NCBI GenBank assembly: GCA_951406725.2
Contig: OX597816.1
Span: forward strand, 57,908,001-57,972,000
DNA from: Octopus vulgaris
Taxonomy: Eukaryota
DNA length: 64,000 bases
Direction of reading: 5' to 3'
The notes beneath the pieces are model-generated. The model made no database searches. It was not told the DNA's origin and was given only the letters and a program-made list of their open reading frames with translations. The position numbers were made by a program, and so were the translations under genes. Of the stretch, positions 41,301 to 54,273 are shown piece after piece. Every line of letters starts with the position of its first letter. The first letter of the stretch is position 1.

Positions 41301-42921
41301 ACTGACACTAAGGAACCAGCTCTGGTTCTGAGTACAAATGTCTTGTCTTCATAAGTTTTGAATTAAAATCTTCCACCAAACCTTAGCTACAATTTATGTT
41401 CCTAACACTAGCTTAATGATAACTAAGTTATTTTACTAAATTCTTTGTTATATTTAAAGTAACTGAAAGAAATACAGAGCACCTCAAAATAAATACAATA
41501 ACGAAAGGGTTAAATTAGAAACTTCAGCAAACCTTTGTTATTAACGAGGTTGGTATCAGAGACATTTTATTGACATCGCTTGTGGCATAAAAGAAGGTTT
41601 TTAGAAAAACTGTGGATATTCTGCAAAGAACAACAAAGAAACATAATTTTCATTTGTGAAAAACTCAGTTTAAAGACAGGTGATCAATCATTAAAGTATG
41701 ATAGGAGGATGCATAACATCCTTGAGGAAATTTGAAACTATTATATGTAATGATAGGAATGGGAGTTCCCCACTCTATGGGAGCAAGTCATGGAATACCA
41801 TTGAAAGGACTAAGAAGAAAATAGGGAAGGCCAACTCATGGTATGATAGCCACAAATACCAGAGTGTCATGTTTGTCGACACCACCCCTAGAGGTGATCT
41901 GGTGTACCGCTTTAGAAGGGCCCTAGCTAACTTAAGCTAAGGATTAAGGTTGTTGAAAGGCCAGGCAACCCTATCAAATCCCTAATCGGTAGAACCTACC
42001 CTTTTAGTAGAACACCCTGTATGGATAGGAACTGTACTGTGTGTAGATTTAGCCCACAAACAAATTGTAAAGCTAGGAATGTAGTCTATAGCATAAGATG
42101 TACAGAGGGATTGTGCAGTAACAAGAGAAAGGCGTATGTAGGGGAGACAGCATGGAGCATAGGAGAGTGGGTAAATGGGCATTGGAGAGAACTTAAGGAA
42201 GAGAAGAACTCATCAGTTCTATACCAGCATGCCGAGCAGGAACACGGGGGCTCACTTAACAATTTAGAAGTTAAAATCTTGTCCACACATAAGAACAGAC
42301 GCAATGCTTAGACAAATTACGGAAGCTACAAACGTAAAAGAAAATAAACCTAGCCTGAATAGGAAACTGGAATGGAACACTGGCACACACCCCCAACACA
42401 TCACAACATATGACAGAATAAGATCCCCATAAACTGATAATAATATGAATATAATACACAGATAAATAAATGGAATTAAATAACTATATACATTAAATTC
42501 AATTAATACAAAAAATAGAAAGAAAAGAAAAAGTAAGTAGATATAAACAAATGAAAATAAATTAAATGAATGTGAATAAACAGGGGATAATGATAATGCA
42601 GGTACATTCCCCCCCATCACCACACACTTACTAAACAGACACACACAGGGATATACACATGTGCAAACAGACACACACAATAGGAATACAAAATGGCAGA
42701 TCTGTAAGGAAAGACACACAAAAAAGAAAGAAAGCAAAGGACCACTGATGAGGTCACAGAAGTGTGACAAAAGAACTCTGGTGGAAATACAATTAATATA
42801 AAATAAAGATGAAGCAAGTGAACACTAAATATATTGTGTGTGTGTGTGTTTTCATTGGCTAAACTGGCAAAATGACCATCCCCAATTACAACAATATATA
42901 CATACATACATATACATACAT

Positions 42922-42972
<51 letters not shown>

Positions 42973-43226
42973 CATCATCATCATCATCATGTGTGAGATA
43001 ATAGTTTCACTATGCATATATTATATACATACTCTTTTACTTGTTTCAGTCATTTGACTGCGGCCATGCTGGAGCACTGCCTTTAGTCGAGCAAATCGAC
43101 CCTAGGACTTATTCTTTGTAAGCCTATTACTTATTCTATCAGTCACTTTTACCGAACTGCTAAGTTACGGAGATGTAAATACACCAGCATCGGTTGTCAA
43201 GCGATGTTGGGAGGACAAACACAGAT

Positions 43227-43261
<35 letters not shown>

Positions 43262-46200
43262 CGATGGGCTTCTTTCAGTTTCCATCTACCAAATCCACTC
43301 ACAAGGCTTTGGTCGGCCCGAGGCTATAGTAGAAGACACTTGCCCAAAGTGCCACGCAGTGAGACTAAACCCGGAACCATGTGGTTGGTAAGCAAGCTAC
43401 TTACCACACGGCCGCTCCTTAGTGAAACTATTAAAACTGAAAGTAGTATCTCACATTACAATAGAGATGTTATTGTTTCACTTTTGACACATATTACTGG
43501 AATAATGTAAGAGATAAGAGATTGCTCTTGACTCGCATTAGGCAAGAAGCTGAAAATTTTCCAGTCCATGACAATGCATGGACCCTAAGCAGGCATGTGT
43601 AAAACTTGAATGAAATTGGTTGGGTAGTTCTCAAGTTTTAGCGACACACACATCATCATTGTCTAATGTCCATTTTCCATGCTGGCATGGGTTGGATGAT
43701 TTGACTGAGGTCTGGAGAGCCAGCGGCTGCACCAGGCTCCAATCTGATCTGGCAAGGTTTCTACAGCTGGATACCTTTCCTAACACCAACCACTCAGAGT
43801 ATAGTGGGTGCTTTTTATGTACAACTAGCACAGGAGTCAGTCAGAGGGCCGCTACGATATTGGTTTTACTTGACTCAACAGGTCTTCTCAAGCATTTGTC
43901 ACATGACAAATATAATGTACAAATGTCTTCTATTATAGCCTCAGATCGACCAAAGCCTTGTGAGGGGATATGTTAAATGGAAACTGAAAGAAGCCTGTTG
44001 TATACATATCTATATCTGTCTATCGATACACGTGTGTGTGTGTGTGTGTGAGTGTCTTTGTTTGTCTCTCACCATTGCTTGATAACTGGTGTTGGTTTGA
44101 TTATGTCTTCATAACTTAGTAATTCAGCAAAAGTGACCGACAGAATAAATAGCAGGCTTTAAAAAAAAAAAAGAATGGGGATGACTCATTTGACGCAAAA
44201 TACTTTGAAGTGGTGCTCCAGCATGGCCACAGTGTAATGAAATAAATCAAAATAAAACACCCCTCTCCCACAGCAGGGCACCTTGTGGGGAATGCGGGGT
44301 GTGTCAATCACCAATCCACTTCAAGTCTGCAGACACACTGTCTCCTCCCTCTGCCTTTTCTACCACTACTACAACAGCCTCTGCTCACTCACAGCAATCT
44401 ACTTCCTTATCACATTCACTTTTTTCTTCTCCTTTTGTTCTTTATGGTGTGTCCCTCTTTCCCCATTCTTTCATTATTTACATTTATCACTTTTACAATC
44501 CTTCCTACCAAGAATGGTGCACTTTACATGTCACTGGCACTGGCCGCGACTACAATTTCACTCGGTTTGACAGGTCTTCACAAGCACAGCATATTGCCCA
44601 AAGAGTGATGGGTGCTTTTAATGGGCCAGTTATGTGACATTGACATCGGCCATGACTGCAATCTCACTTGGCTTGACGTCACTGCCTCCATGAGGTCCAA
44701 CGCTTCGTCGTTTAACGTCCGTTCTCCATGCTAGCATGGGTTGGACGATTTGACCGGGGATCTGGGAAGCCAGAAGGCTGCACCAGGCTCCAGTCTGATC
44801 TGGTAGTGTTTCTACAGCTGGATGCCCTTCCTAATGCCAACCACTCCAAGAATGTAGTAGGTGCTTTTTACGTGCCACCTGCACAGGTGCCAGTCAGATG
44901 GCACTGGCATTGGCCACCATATTCATCATTTAACATCTGCTTTCCATGCTGGCATGGGTTGGATGGTTTGACTGAGGTCTGGAGAGCCAGCAGCTGCACC
45001 AGGCTCCAGTCTGATCTGGCAATGTTTCTACAGCTGGATGCCCTTCTTAATGCCAACCACTCTGAGAGTGTAGTGGGCGCTTTTTACGTGCCACTGGCAC
45101 AGGAGCCAGGCAGGTGGGCTTGGCATTGATCGTGTTTGGATAGTGCTTTTAACATGCAACCGGCACGGGAACCAGTCAGTGGGTACTGGCATTGGCCATG
45201 TTCGGTTGGTGCTTTTTATGTGCCACCAGCACAGGAGCCAGTCAGGTGGGGCTGGCATTGACCATGTTCAGATGGTGCTTTTTACATGTCACCGGCAAGG
45301 GGGCCAGTCAGGGGGTACTGGTATTGGCCATGTTTGGTTGGTGCTTTTTAATGTGCCACCAGCACAGGAGCCAGTCAGGCAGAACTGGCATTGACCACAT
45401 TCAGATGGTGCTTTTTACATGTCAGTGGCATGGGGGCCAGTCAGGGTTACTGGCATCGGCCACATTCAGATGGTGCTTTTTACGTGCCACCGGAACAGGA
45501 GCCAGTCGAATATAGTAAATAAAACAAAAACAAAAAAAGAAGTCAGTAGGAAATAGATTACTTACTGCAAGAGGAATTTAGCTTGTTGAGATGTTGAACA
45601 AGGCAGAACGGTCCAGAGTAAGTCTGTGAATTTGCCAATAGTTTCACCGAGAACTGGACAATTAAGAATCTGAACTTGGGGTAAACGGTCATGGCAGAGT
45701 GTTAGATGACAGAGGATAGCACCAAGTCCTAGGATTTGCTCAGCCGACATCAAATTCCACTGTGAAAAGAAGAAAACAGAAATACTACTACTACTACTAC
45801 AACTAATTCATCACCATCATCCCCACTGCTGCCACCACCATCTGTGGATTTATCATTCTGCAGCTCTCCACCACCTCCCTGCCATTTATCACCCCTTCTT
45901 CCTCCTCCTTTGTTGTCATCATGAATCATCTGTTTTTGCGGTGCACTGATGACACTACAACAAAAGTCTCTCTGATTAAGCGCAAGATTTCCCATTGGAT
46001 AAAGCCAAAGCATTACTTCATTCTGACCATGTCATCGTGTTTTCTTGGCCAAGGTATTGGGGGTGGTTTGCCATTGCCTTTCCCGAATAGACGGCCATTG
46101 GGCCACAACGAGCTCAACCATCCTTCGACAGGTTTTGCTTTTAGTCCAACTGGTGTCCAGACACTCTCTCCACAAGAGTAGCTTGTTCAAGAGGGGGAGC

Positions 46201-48511
46201 TGGTTTCACCGCTGACCACACATCCACGGAACAAGTAGAACGAGTTTACATAGAACCAGTAACAGAACTCATCAGCCTGTAACGAGATCCTCCTCCCTCA
46301 CCCATTCCTATTTTCCTTCCTTCTCCTGCAAAACTGAGATTCACCATTTGTCACTATTCCACTCATGTTCCCTATTTACTGAAATTCCCCTGTCTCCATC
46401 CCTAACCATCTGTAACTCTCCTTTCACATTCTTCCAGCTTACATACCTTTCCTGGTTATCCGTTTCTATTTTCTCTTCTATCCACCCTCTTGTACTTTGA
46501 GGGTACACCCTAATTCTTCATCTTTTCTAGCTGAGGTAGCCATGACTGCTTCAGCACAGTTTCTATGGTTAGATGCCCTTTCTAATGCCAACCACTTTGT
46601 CCTGAGTGCTTTTTACATGGCACCTACACTAAGGAGTTAGTCATCTACTGAGTTGCAAACCAAGTCCCCCATAACTTAGTGGGGTGGGGTATAGAGGGAG
46701 GGGGATTCAGTCAGATGTTGACATCATCAATACTAAAAGTATGGTGTATTTGATTCCAATATTCCACTGGTGCTTTATCTTAACCACCCTGGGAGAATGA
46801 AAGGCATAGTTGACTTTGATGGAATTCGAACTCAGAACACCAAGGGCTGGAACAAACAGTATAAGGTGTTTTGTTTCACTCTTTAACGACTCTGCCAATC
46901 CACCATCATCATCATCTACATCATTGTTTAATGTCCGTTTTCCATGCTGGCATGGGTCGGACGGTTTGACTGGGGAATAAGGCAGCGAGCTGGCAGAAAC
47001 GTTAGCACGCCGGGCGAAATGCATAGCCGTATTTCGTCTGCCGTTACGTTCTGAGTTCAAATTCCGCCGAGGTCGACTTTTCCTTTCATCCTTTCGGGGT
47101 CGATAAATTAAGTACCAGTTACGCACTGGGGTCGATGTAATCGACTTAATCCGTTTGTTTGTCCACTCTGTGTTTAGCCCCTTGTGGGTAGTAAAGAAAT
47201 AGGTTTGACTGGGGACTGGCAAGCCAGTAGGCTGCACCAGGCTCCAATCTGATCTGGTAAGGTTTCTCTACAGCTGGATGCCCTTCTTAACATCAACCAC
47301 TCCAAGAGTGTAGTGGGTGCTTCTTACGTGCAACTGGCATAGGAGCCAGTTAGGCAAGCTGGCATCAATCACATTTGGATAGTACTTTTTATGCGCCACC
47401 GGCAATGGGGCCAGTCAGGGTTGTACTGGCATCCAGACGCTGCTCTTTATGAGCCACCGGTGTGGGAACCAGTCAAGTGGGCCTGGTATCGACCACGTTC
47501 GGACGGTGCATTTTATGTGCCACTGGCACGGGCAGCCAGTCTGGCGGCACTGGCACCAAGACACGTTTGAATGTATAATAATCTTTTCTACTATATGCAC
47601 AAAGGGTGAAATTTAGCATGGGGGGGGGACTAGTCAATTACATCAACCCCAGTGTTTCATTTGTACTCAATTTAATGACCCCAAAAGAATGAAAAGCAAA
47701 GTCGGCTGCAGTGAGATTTGAACTCAGAATGTAGTGATGGGTGAAATGGTATCAAATTTGGCACAAAGCCAGCAATTCTGGGAGAGGAGGAAGTCAATTA
47801 CATTGACCCCAGTATGCAACTGGTACTTTTTGTTACCAGAGTATTGGAGTGAGAGAGACAATAACAAAGATATAGTTAGAGCTGGGGATGGGGCTTAAAT
47901 TTGTAGAAAAGATTAGACGATACCATTAACCCCCAGTATATGACTGGTACTTTAATCAACCAAAGAAAGGAAAATAATAAAGCTAACTCTGGTGGGATTT
48001 GAGCTCAGAACATAAAGAGCCAGGAAAAACAGAGCAAGTCATTTTGTGTAACATTGTCAGTTCATATTAAAGGTCACTGCTGGGAATCGAACTCGGAATC
48101 TTGGGGTTAGTAGCCCGCACTCTTAACCAGTATGCCATATGCCCTTAGGCTTTTTTTATTATTATTATTATTGGCCCCCGTGGCCCGTAAAAAGCACCAT
48201 CCGATCGTGGCCGTTGCCAGCCTTGCCGGTGTACGTAAAAAGCACCATCCGACCGTGGCCGTTGCCCAGCCCCATCTGGCAACTGTGCCAGTGGCACGTA
48301 AAAAGCACCCACTACACTCACGGAGTGGTTGGTGTTAGGAAGGGCATCCAGCCGTAGAAACATTGCCAGATCAGACTGGGCCTGGTGCAGCCATCTGGCT
48401 TCCCAGACCCCAGTTGAACCGTCCAACCCATGCTGGCATGGAAAGCGGACGCTAAATGATGATGATGATGATTATTATTATTATTATTTGAGTTTGATTC
48501 CCAGCAGTGAG

Positions 48512-48566
<55 letters not shown>

Positions 48567-51500
48567 TCGAAAAATTGTTGGTTCTGTTGATTCAATGGAT
48601 AAGAAGGACGACAGCAACATAAAAAGGAAGAAGAAAAAAAGGGTTAATGGTGGTGTTGTTACCTGAAGAACTGTCCATCGCCAGAGACATTGGAATATTG
48701 CTGGAAGAAGTGGTAGGTTTGCTGCAAGAACATCAAAGAGTTGACATAACCAGGAACTGTCATAATCAACAGCGTAGTTTGATAGCAGCAAAGTCTTTGA
48801 TGTAGAGTTCAGAATGGTGTTAGCTACCTGGAAATACATAGCATATATTAATTAAATTGGGCTAAGGGAAATAACTCAAATGGGCTAATGACATGTATTG
48901 AGATAATAAGCAAGTACGTATGGATGTACTTGATGATGATGATGATGATCATCATCATCATCCATAGTTTAATGTCCGTTTTCCATGCTGGCATGGGTTG
49001 GATGGTTTGACTGCGGTCTGGATAGCCAGCAGCTGCACTAGGTTCCAATCTGATCTGGCAAGGTTTCTACAACTGGATGCTTTTTACATGCCACCGGCAC
49101 AGGAGCCAGTCAGGGGGTACTGGCATTGGCCACATTTGGATGGTGCTTTTTACATGTCACCAGCACAGGAGCCAGTCAGGGGGTACTGGCATTGACCAAG
49201 TTCGGATGGTGCTTTTTATGTGCCACCAGCACAAGAGCCAGGCAGGAGGTACTGGCATCGACCACATTCAGATGGTGCTTTTTACATGCCACCAATACAA
49301 GGGCCAGTCAGGGGGTACTGGCATTGATCATGTTCAGGTGGTGCTTTTTACGTGCCACCCACACAGGAGCCAGTCAGGGGACATTGGCATCGACCACATT
49401 CAGATGGTGCTTTTTACATGCCACCAATACAAGGGGCAGTCAGGGGGTACTGGCATTGATCACGTTCAGGTGGTGCTTTTTACGTGCCACCTGCACAGGA
49501 GCCAGTCAGTGGGTTCTAGCATTGATCACGTTCAGATGGTGCTTCTTATGTGCCACCCGCACAGGAGCCAGTCAGGGGACACTGGCTTCAACCATGTTTG
49601 GCTGATGTATTTTACATGCCACCAGAACAGGAGCCAGTCAGGGAGCACTGGCTCATCAACAAGTGCTGTTGAATGACTGTGCAGTTAAGAAGTATGCTTC
49701 TGGAGCAAGTGGTTCTAGGTAGGTGTCTTCTACTTTAACCCCAGGCTGACCAAAGCCTGTGAGCGGATCTGGTAGAAGGAAACTGAAAGAAGCCTGTTGA
49801 GTGTGTGTTTGTCTATAAATAAGAGATTATATAAACGACATGGGAACACAAGTTATGAAATGATCTTCATTAGCTTACAGCTGTTTCTTCTATAAAATGC
49901 AGCACACTTTTCTACTCTAGGCACATGGCCCCAAATTTTTGGAGAGGGGGTGGGGAAGTCAATTAGATCGACTCCAGTACGCAACTGGTACTTAATTTAT
50001 TGACTCTGAAAGGATGAAAGGCTAAGTCGACCTTGGCGGAATTTGAACTCAGAACATAAAAACAGATGAAATACCGCTTAACTTTTCGTCCAGCACGCTA
50101 ACGTCTCTGCCAGCTTGCAGCCTTATCCAACACACTTATAGTTGAGCACATTACATCTGATAGCAGAAACTACTGTAAGCTAATGGAGTTCATTACATAA
50201 TTTCTTTTTCCTTTGTCATTTATATAATCTCTTATCATGCTCTGTACTTGACTTATGGTTTATACTGAGTTCTAACACCTGTGCCAGTGACACATAAAAA
50301 GCACCATTCAGGCATGGTTGATGCCTGTCTCCTGTGCTGGTCGCATATAAAAAGCACCATTCGAGTGTGATTGATGCTAGTGCCACCTGACTGGCCTCTG
50401 TTCCGGTGGCATATAAAATGCACCATTTGAGTGTGGTCAATGCCAATGCCGCTTGACTGGTCCTCATGCCAGTGGCATGTAAAAAGCACCCACTACACTC
50501 TTGAAGTGGTTGGCGTTAGGAAGGGCATTCAGCTGTAGAAACCTTGCCAGATCAGACTGGAGTCTGATGAGGCCTCCTGGCTTGTTAGTCTTCAATCAAA
50601 CCATCCAACCCATGCCAGTATAGAAAGTAGACGTTAAATGATGATGATAAGATCAATGGCAGAAAATGGAATTTATGAAATTCTTTATTCAAATCCACTG
50701 CAATTATTCCAACTCATCCTGCAGCTGTGCCTCACAGGTAAGATGTACAATCATTTTGCATTACACAGCATCCTACAAGGATCAAAGGATACCACAAAGC
50801 CACACCCTTTGGAAATTTTTCAGTAATGATCATTACAACCAATGAAAGTGCAAAGAATAAACTGATTTGGCTGGAATGCAGCAGATTTTTACCTGTACAT
50901 GCTTATTCTCCAAAGATGGTTTCACAACATCAAGCGTCATCAGCCATTTGTTCTCAGTCAGCAGCAGTTCACTCTGGGGCTCGTCTAACAGATTTTTCAA
51001 AGTTTCCGAAATAAGAGAAATGGTTTCTGAAACTAACCGAAATAAATGAATAAGCAGACTGTGAGAAAATGTGTCATTAACTGCAGCATAACGAACAGAA
51101 CGATCAACTGATGGACATATAAACACAAATACCAGATATGCTGGTGGGAACACTCCAGCCATTAAAATACTGCTGACTCATCTAACATGGACTAAGTTAC
51201 TTAGGTCATCATAATCATCATTTGAAGTCCATGTTCCCTGTTGGCATCAGTTGAACAGCTTTGAAGGCTCCAACTAACCCGAGGGCTGTGTTGGTCTCCA
51301 TTGCCTACTTTAGCAAGTTCTCTATGGCTTGATGTCCTCCCTAATGCCAACCACTTTACAGAGTGTACTTGATGCTTTTGCTGTGGCACCAGAACTGGCG
51401 AGGTCACCAAGTACCATGCAAGACAAGACTTCTTGATTGAGTGGGAGTGTGGTATTGAAGGAGGTGGCTTTGTGCCAGCTGTGAAGAGGCCAAACTAAAA

Positions 51501-53232
51501 AAGAGCAACAGGAACCAGTGTCTTAGAATGGCGATACATGAGTACCCCAGTGGAAAGGGGTAAAGGCTTGTGGAGATGAGGTGTTGGGGTGTATCTTCAG
51601 AGTATAGGAAAGTAGGAAGCAGAAAACTGTAAATGGTTGGGTTGACAGGTAGAAGAATGGGGTGAAGTGTGGGTTGAACATCTGAGCCTTCCAGTCATCT
51701 TCATCACCTGCCAAATCCCAAATCTCATCCCAGGTCTTAGGGCCGTCAATTGCGTGGTCTTTGACCTTCTTTCATGCAAAGACTGTTGCCAACCTGGAAG
51801 TACTGAGAAAATCAGGGCCCTCATGCATACTAAGTCAGATGGTGACCAGCAGGAGGGAGAAGTGGCTTGGGTGTGTGGTCAAGATGGAACCTTCCCATCT
51901 TTCATACCAGGATCTCCAGAGCTCTTAGCAGGGTCCCAGAAAGAAAAAGGGTTCAAAGAAGAACTTGGTGGTATATTGTATCTTCATCATCATCATCATA
52001 ACATCTATTGTTTCTATGTTCACAAGAGTTAAATATAATTTGTTGAGGCAGATTTTCTATGGCTGGATGCCCCTTCCTGTCACGAATCTTCACTTGTTGC
52101 CAGATGGAGTAATATTTCCCCAATGGCTGGACATAGTTTCATGGAGGATGCCTCTCTAAAACAGTAGCACTGGTTTACAACTATTACGTGATGTCAAGAC
52201 AAGGAGACATCAACTCACATACACACGTATATATAATGGGCTTCTTTCAGTTTTCATCCATGAAATCCATTCACAAGGCTTTGGTCAGCCCAAGTCTATA
52301 GTGGAAGACACTTGCCCAGGGTGTCATGCAGTGGGACTGAACTTGAAACCATGTGGTTGGGAGGAAAATGTCTTAGCTACATCTGCACCTACAGATGATG
52401 ATGATGATGATGATGTCAGCTAGCAAGTGTCTTCCATTATAGCCCAGGGTTAAAGTGAAAGACATTTGCCTAAGGTGTCATGTAGTGAGACTAAACCAAC
52501 TGCAAAACCACACCTGTTCCCCCACACCTTACAACTACACACCTGTGCCTCCACACCTGTGACCCCATACATACACACCTGTTTCCCCACACATGCACAC
52601 CTGTACCTCCACACATGCACACCTGTACACCCACACATGCATACCTGTGGCCCCACACCTACACGCCTGTGCCCCCACATCTACACACCTGTGCCTACAT
52701 TTCATACTTCACCCCAGTAAGTACTGACTGCTACACATGGAAGCTTAAACTTCATAACAAATGGCAGACCGTTGACTTTTAGTCATATTCCACTTACTGT
52801 TTTTAAAGTTACCCGGGTTAAAGGCAGTGAGATGGCAGAACAACAATCTGTTGCAGAGAACATTTTTCAGGGGATCAGATAAAAAAACATAAAGGATAAA
52901 ACCTGGTCTTGTGATTTAGGAAGAGTAGCATTTAAATTTCAGAATTTCCACCATTCCACATATTCTCAGAAAGTTTGTTCAGAAGTGAAAGTAGCCAACA
53001 TAGCTATAAAGGACACAGTATAAAATATTTTACCATAAGGGCTCTTTCAGAATTATACTGTAATCCATGCTGGTGCCACATAAACAGCAGTCAGTGTTAG
53101 GAACCGTGCCAAAACATGACTGGCATCTGGTGCAGCCCTTTGGCTAACCAGCTCCTGTCAAACTGTCTAGCCATGGACATTAAAAGATGACAATGATAAT
53201 AGACCAAGAAACATTGTTCTAGAACATTTTTG

Positions 53233-53273
<41 letters not shown>

Positions 53274-54233
53274 ATTTGTCTTGAAGACATTCTTTGGTAG
53301 ACTTTCTGATTGGCTGACATTTTCTTCCAATTGTTGTAAAACTGCCCCTAATTTCTCTAGAGGTAGTTTCTCTGTTGAGCTGTTGCTGTTGTCACTGGTG
53401 GCGAAAGGAGTTTCTGGATAATAGGATTAAACAAAGATTAGTGAGGCAGGAATAGTTGAGGTAGAAGCTGGTGATGGTTGTGGAGGTAGTAGTGATAGTG
53501 GTGTGGATGAAAGAGGGAGCCAGTAATGGCTGTGGCGGTGTAGGGAATTAGCCTAATACTGACCATTAACAGAAGTCATCATTAATTGTTGACAGGCAGC
53601 AATATAATTTTGGTAATGGCTTGCAGGCAGCTTCTTGGAGCTAAAGATAAAAAGAGAGAGAATCATTGATGACATTTAATCACTATTGAACATTTATTCT
53701 TCCCCATCATTTAACATCCATACTCCATGCTGGCATTGGATAGTTCCAATGTCTGCTTTGGCAAGGTTTCCATGGCTGAATGCCCTTCCCAATTAATGCC
53801 AACCACTTTACAGAGCTTCTTTTATGGTGTTTAGCCATAGAAACCTTGCCAAAGCAGGCATTGCTGCCCAACTAGATGCGACTTGTCAGACGGTTATTAA
53901 TTATCAAAAACTAGTAAATTAACAAGAGTAATTAGAATTGCTAGCATCAGCTTCCAGGTTACTTCTCTCATTTAAATATCTACTTTCTAACTGAACTAAA
54001 GAGTGAGCCTCTCCATGATTGCCTGATAAGCTAAAAATAACAGACCACCTTCAAATCATAACCTACCATAGGTGCAGGAGTGGCTGTGTGGTAAGTAGTT
54101 TGCTTACCAACCACTTGGTTCTGGGTTCAGTCCCACTGCATGGCACTTTGGGCAAGTGTCTTCTACTATAGCCTCGGGCTGACCAAAGCCTTGTGAGTGG
54201 ATTTGGTAGATGGAAACTGAAAGAAGCTTGTCG

Positions 54234-54273
<40 letters not shown>

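Noticed and set aside
49077-49676. 199-aa ORF with 20-aa repeats (also 45143-45515)
   Set aside because: Product of the 60-bp family C tandem unit; no splice or homology support.
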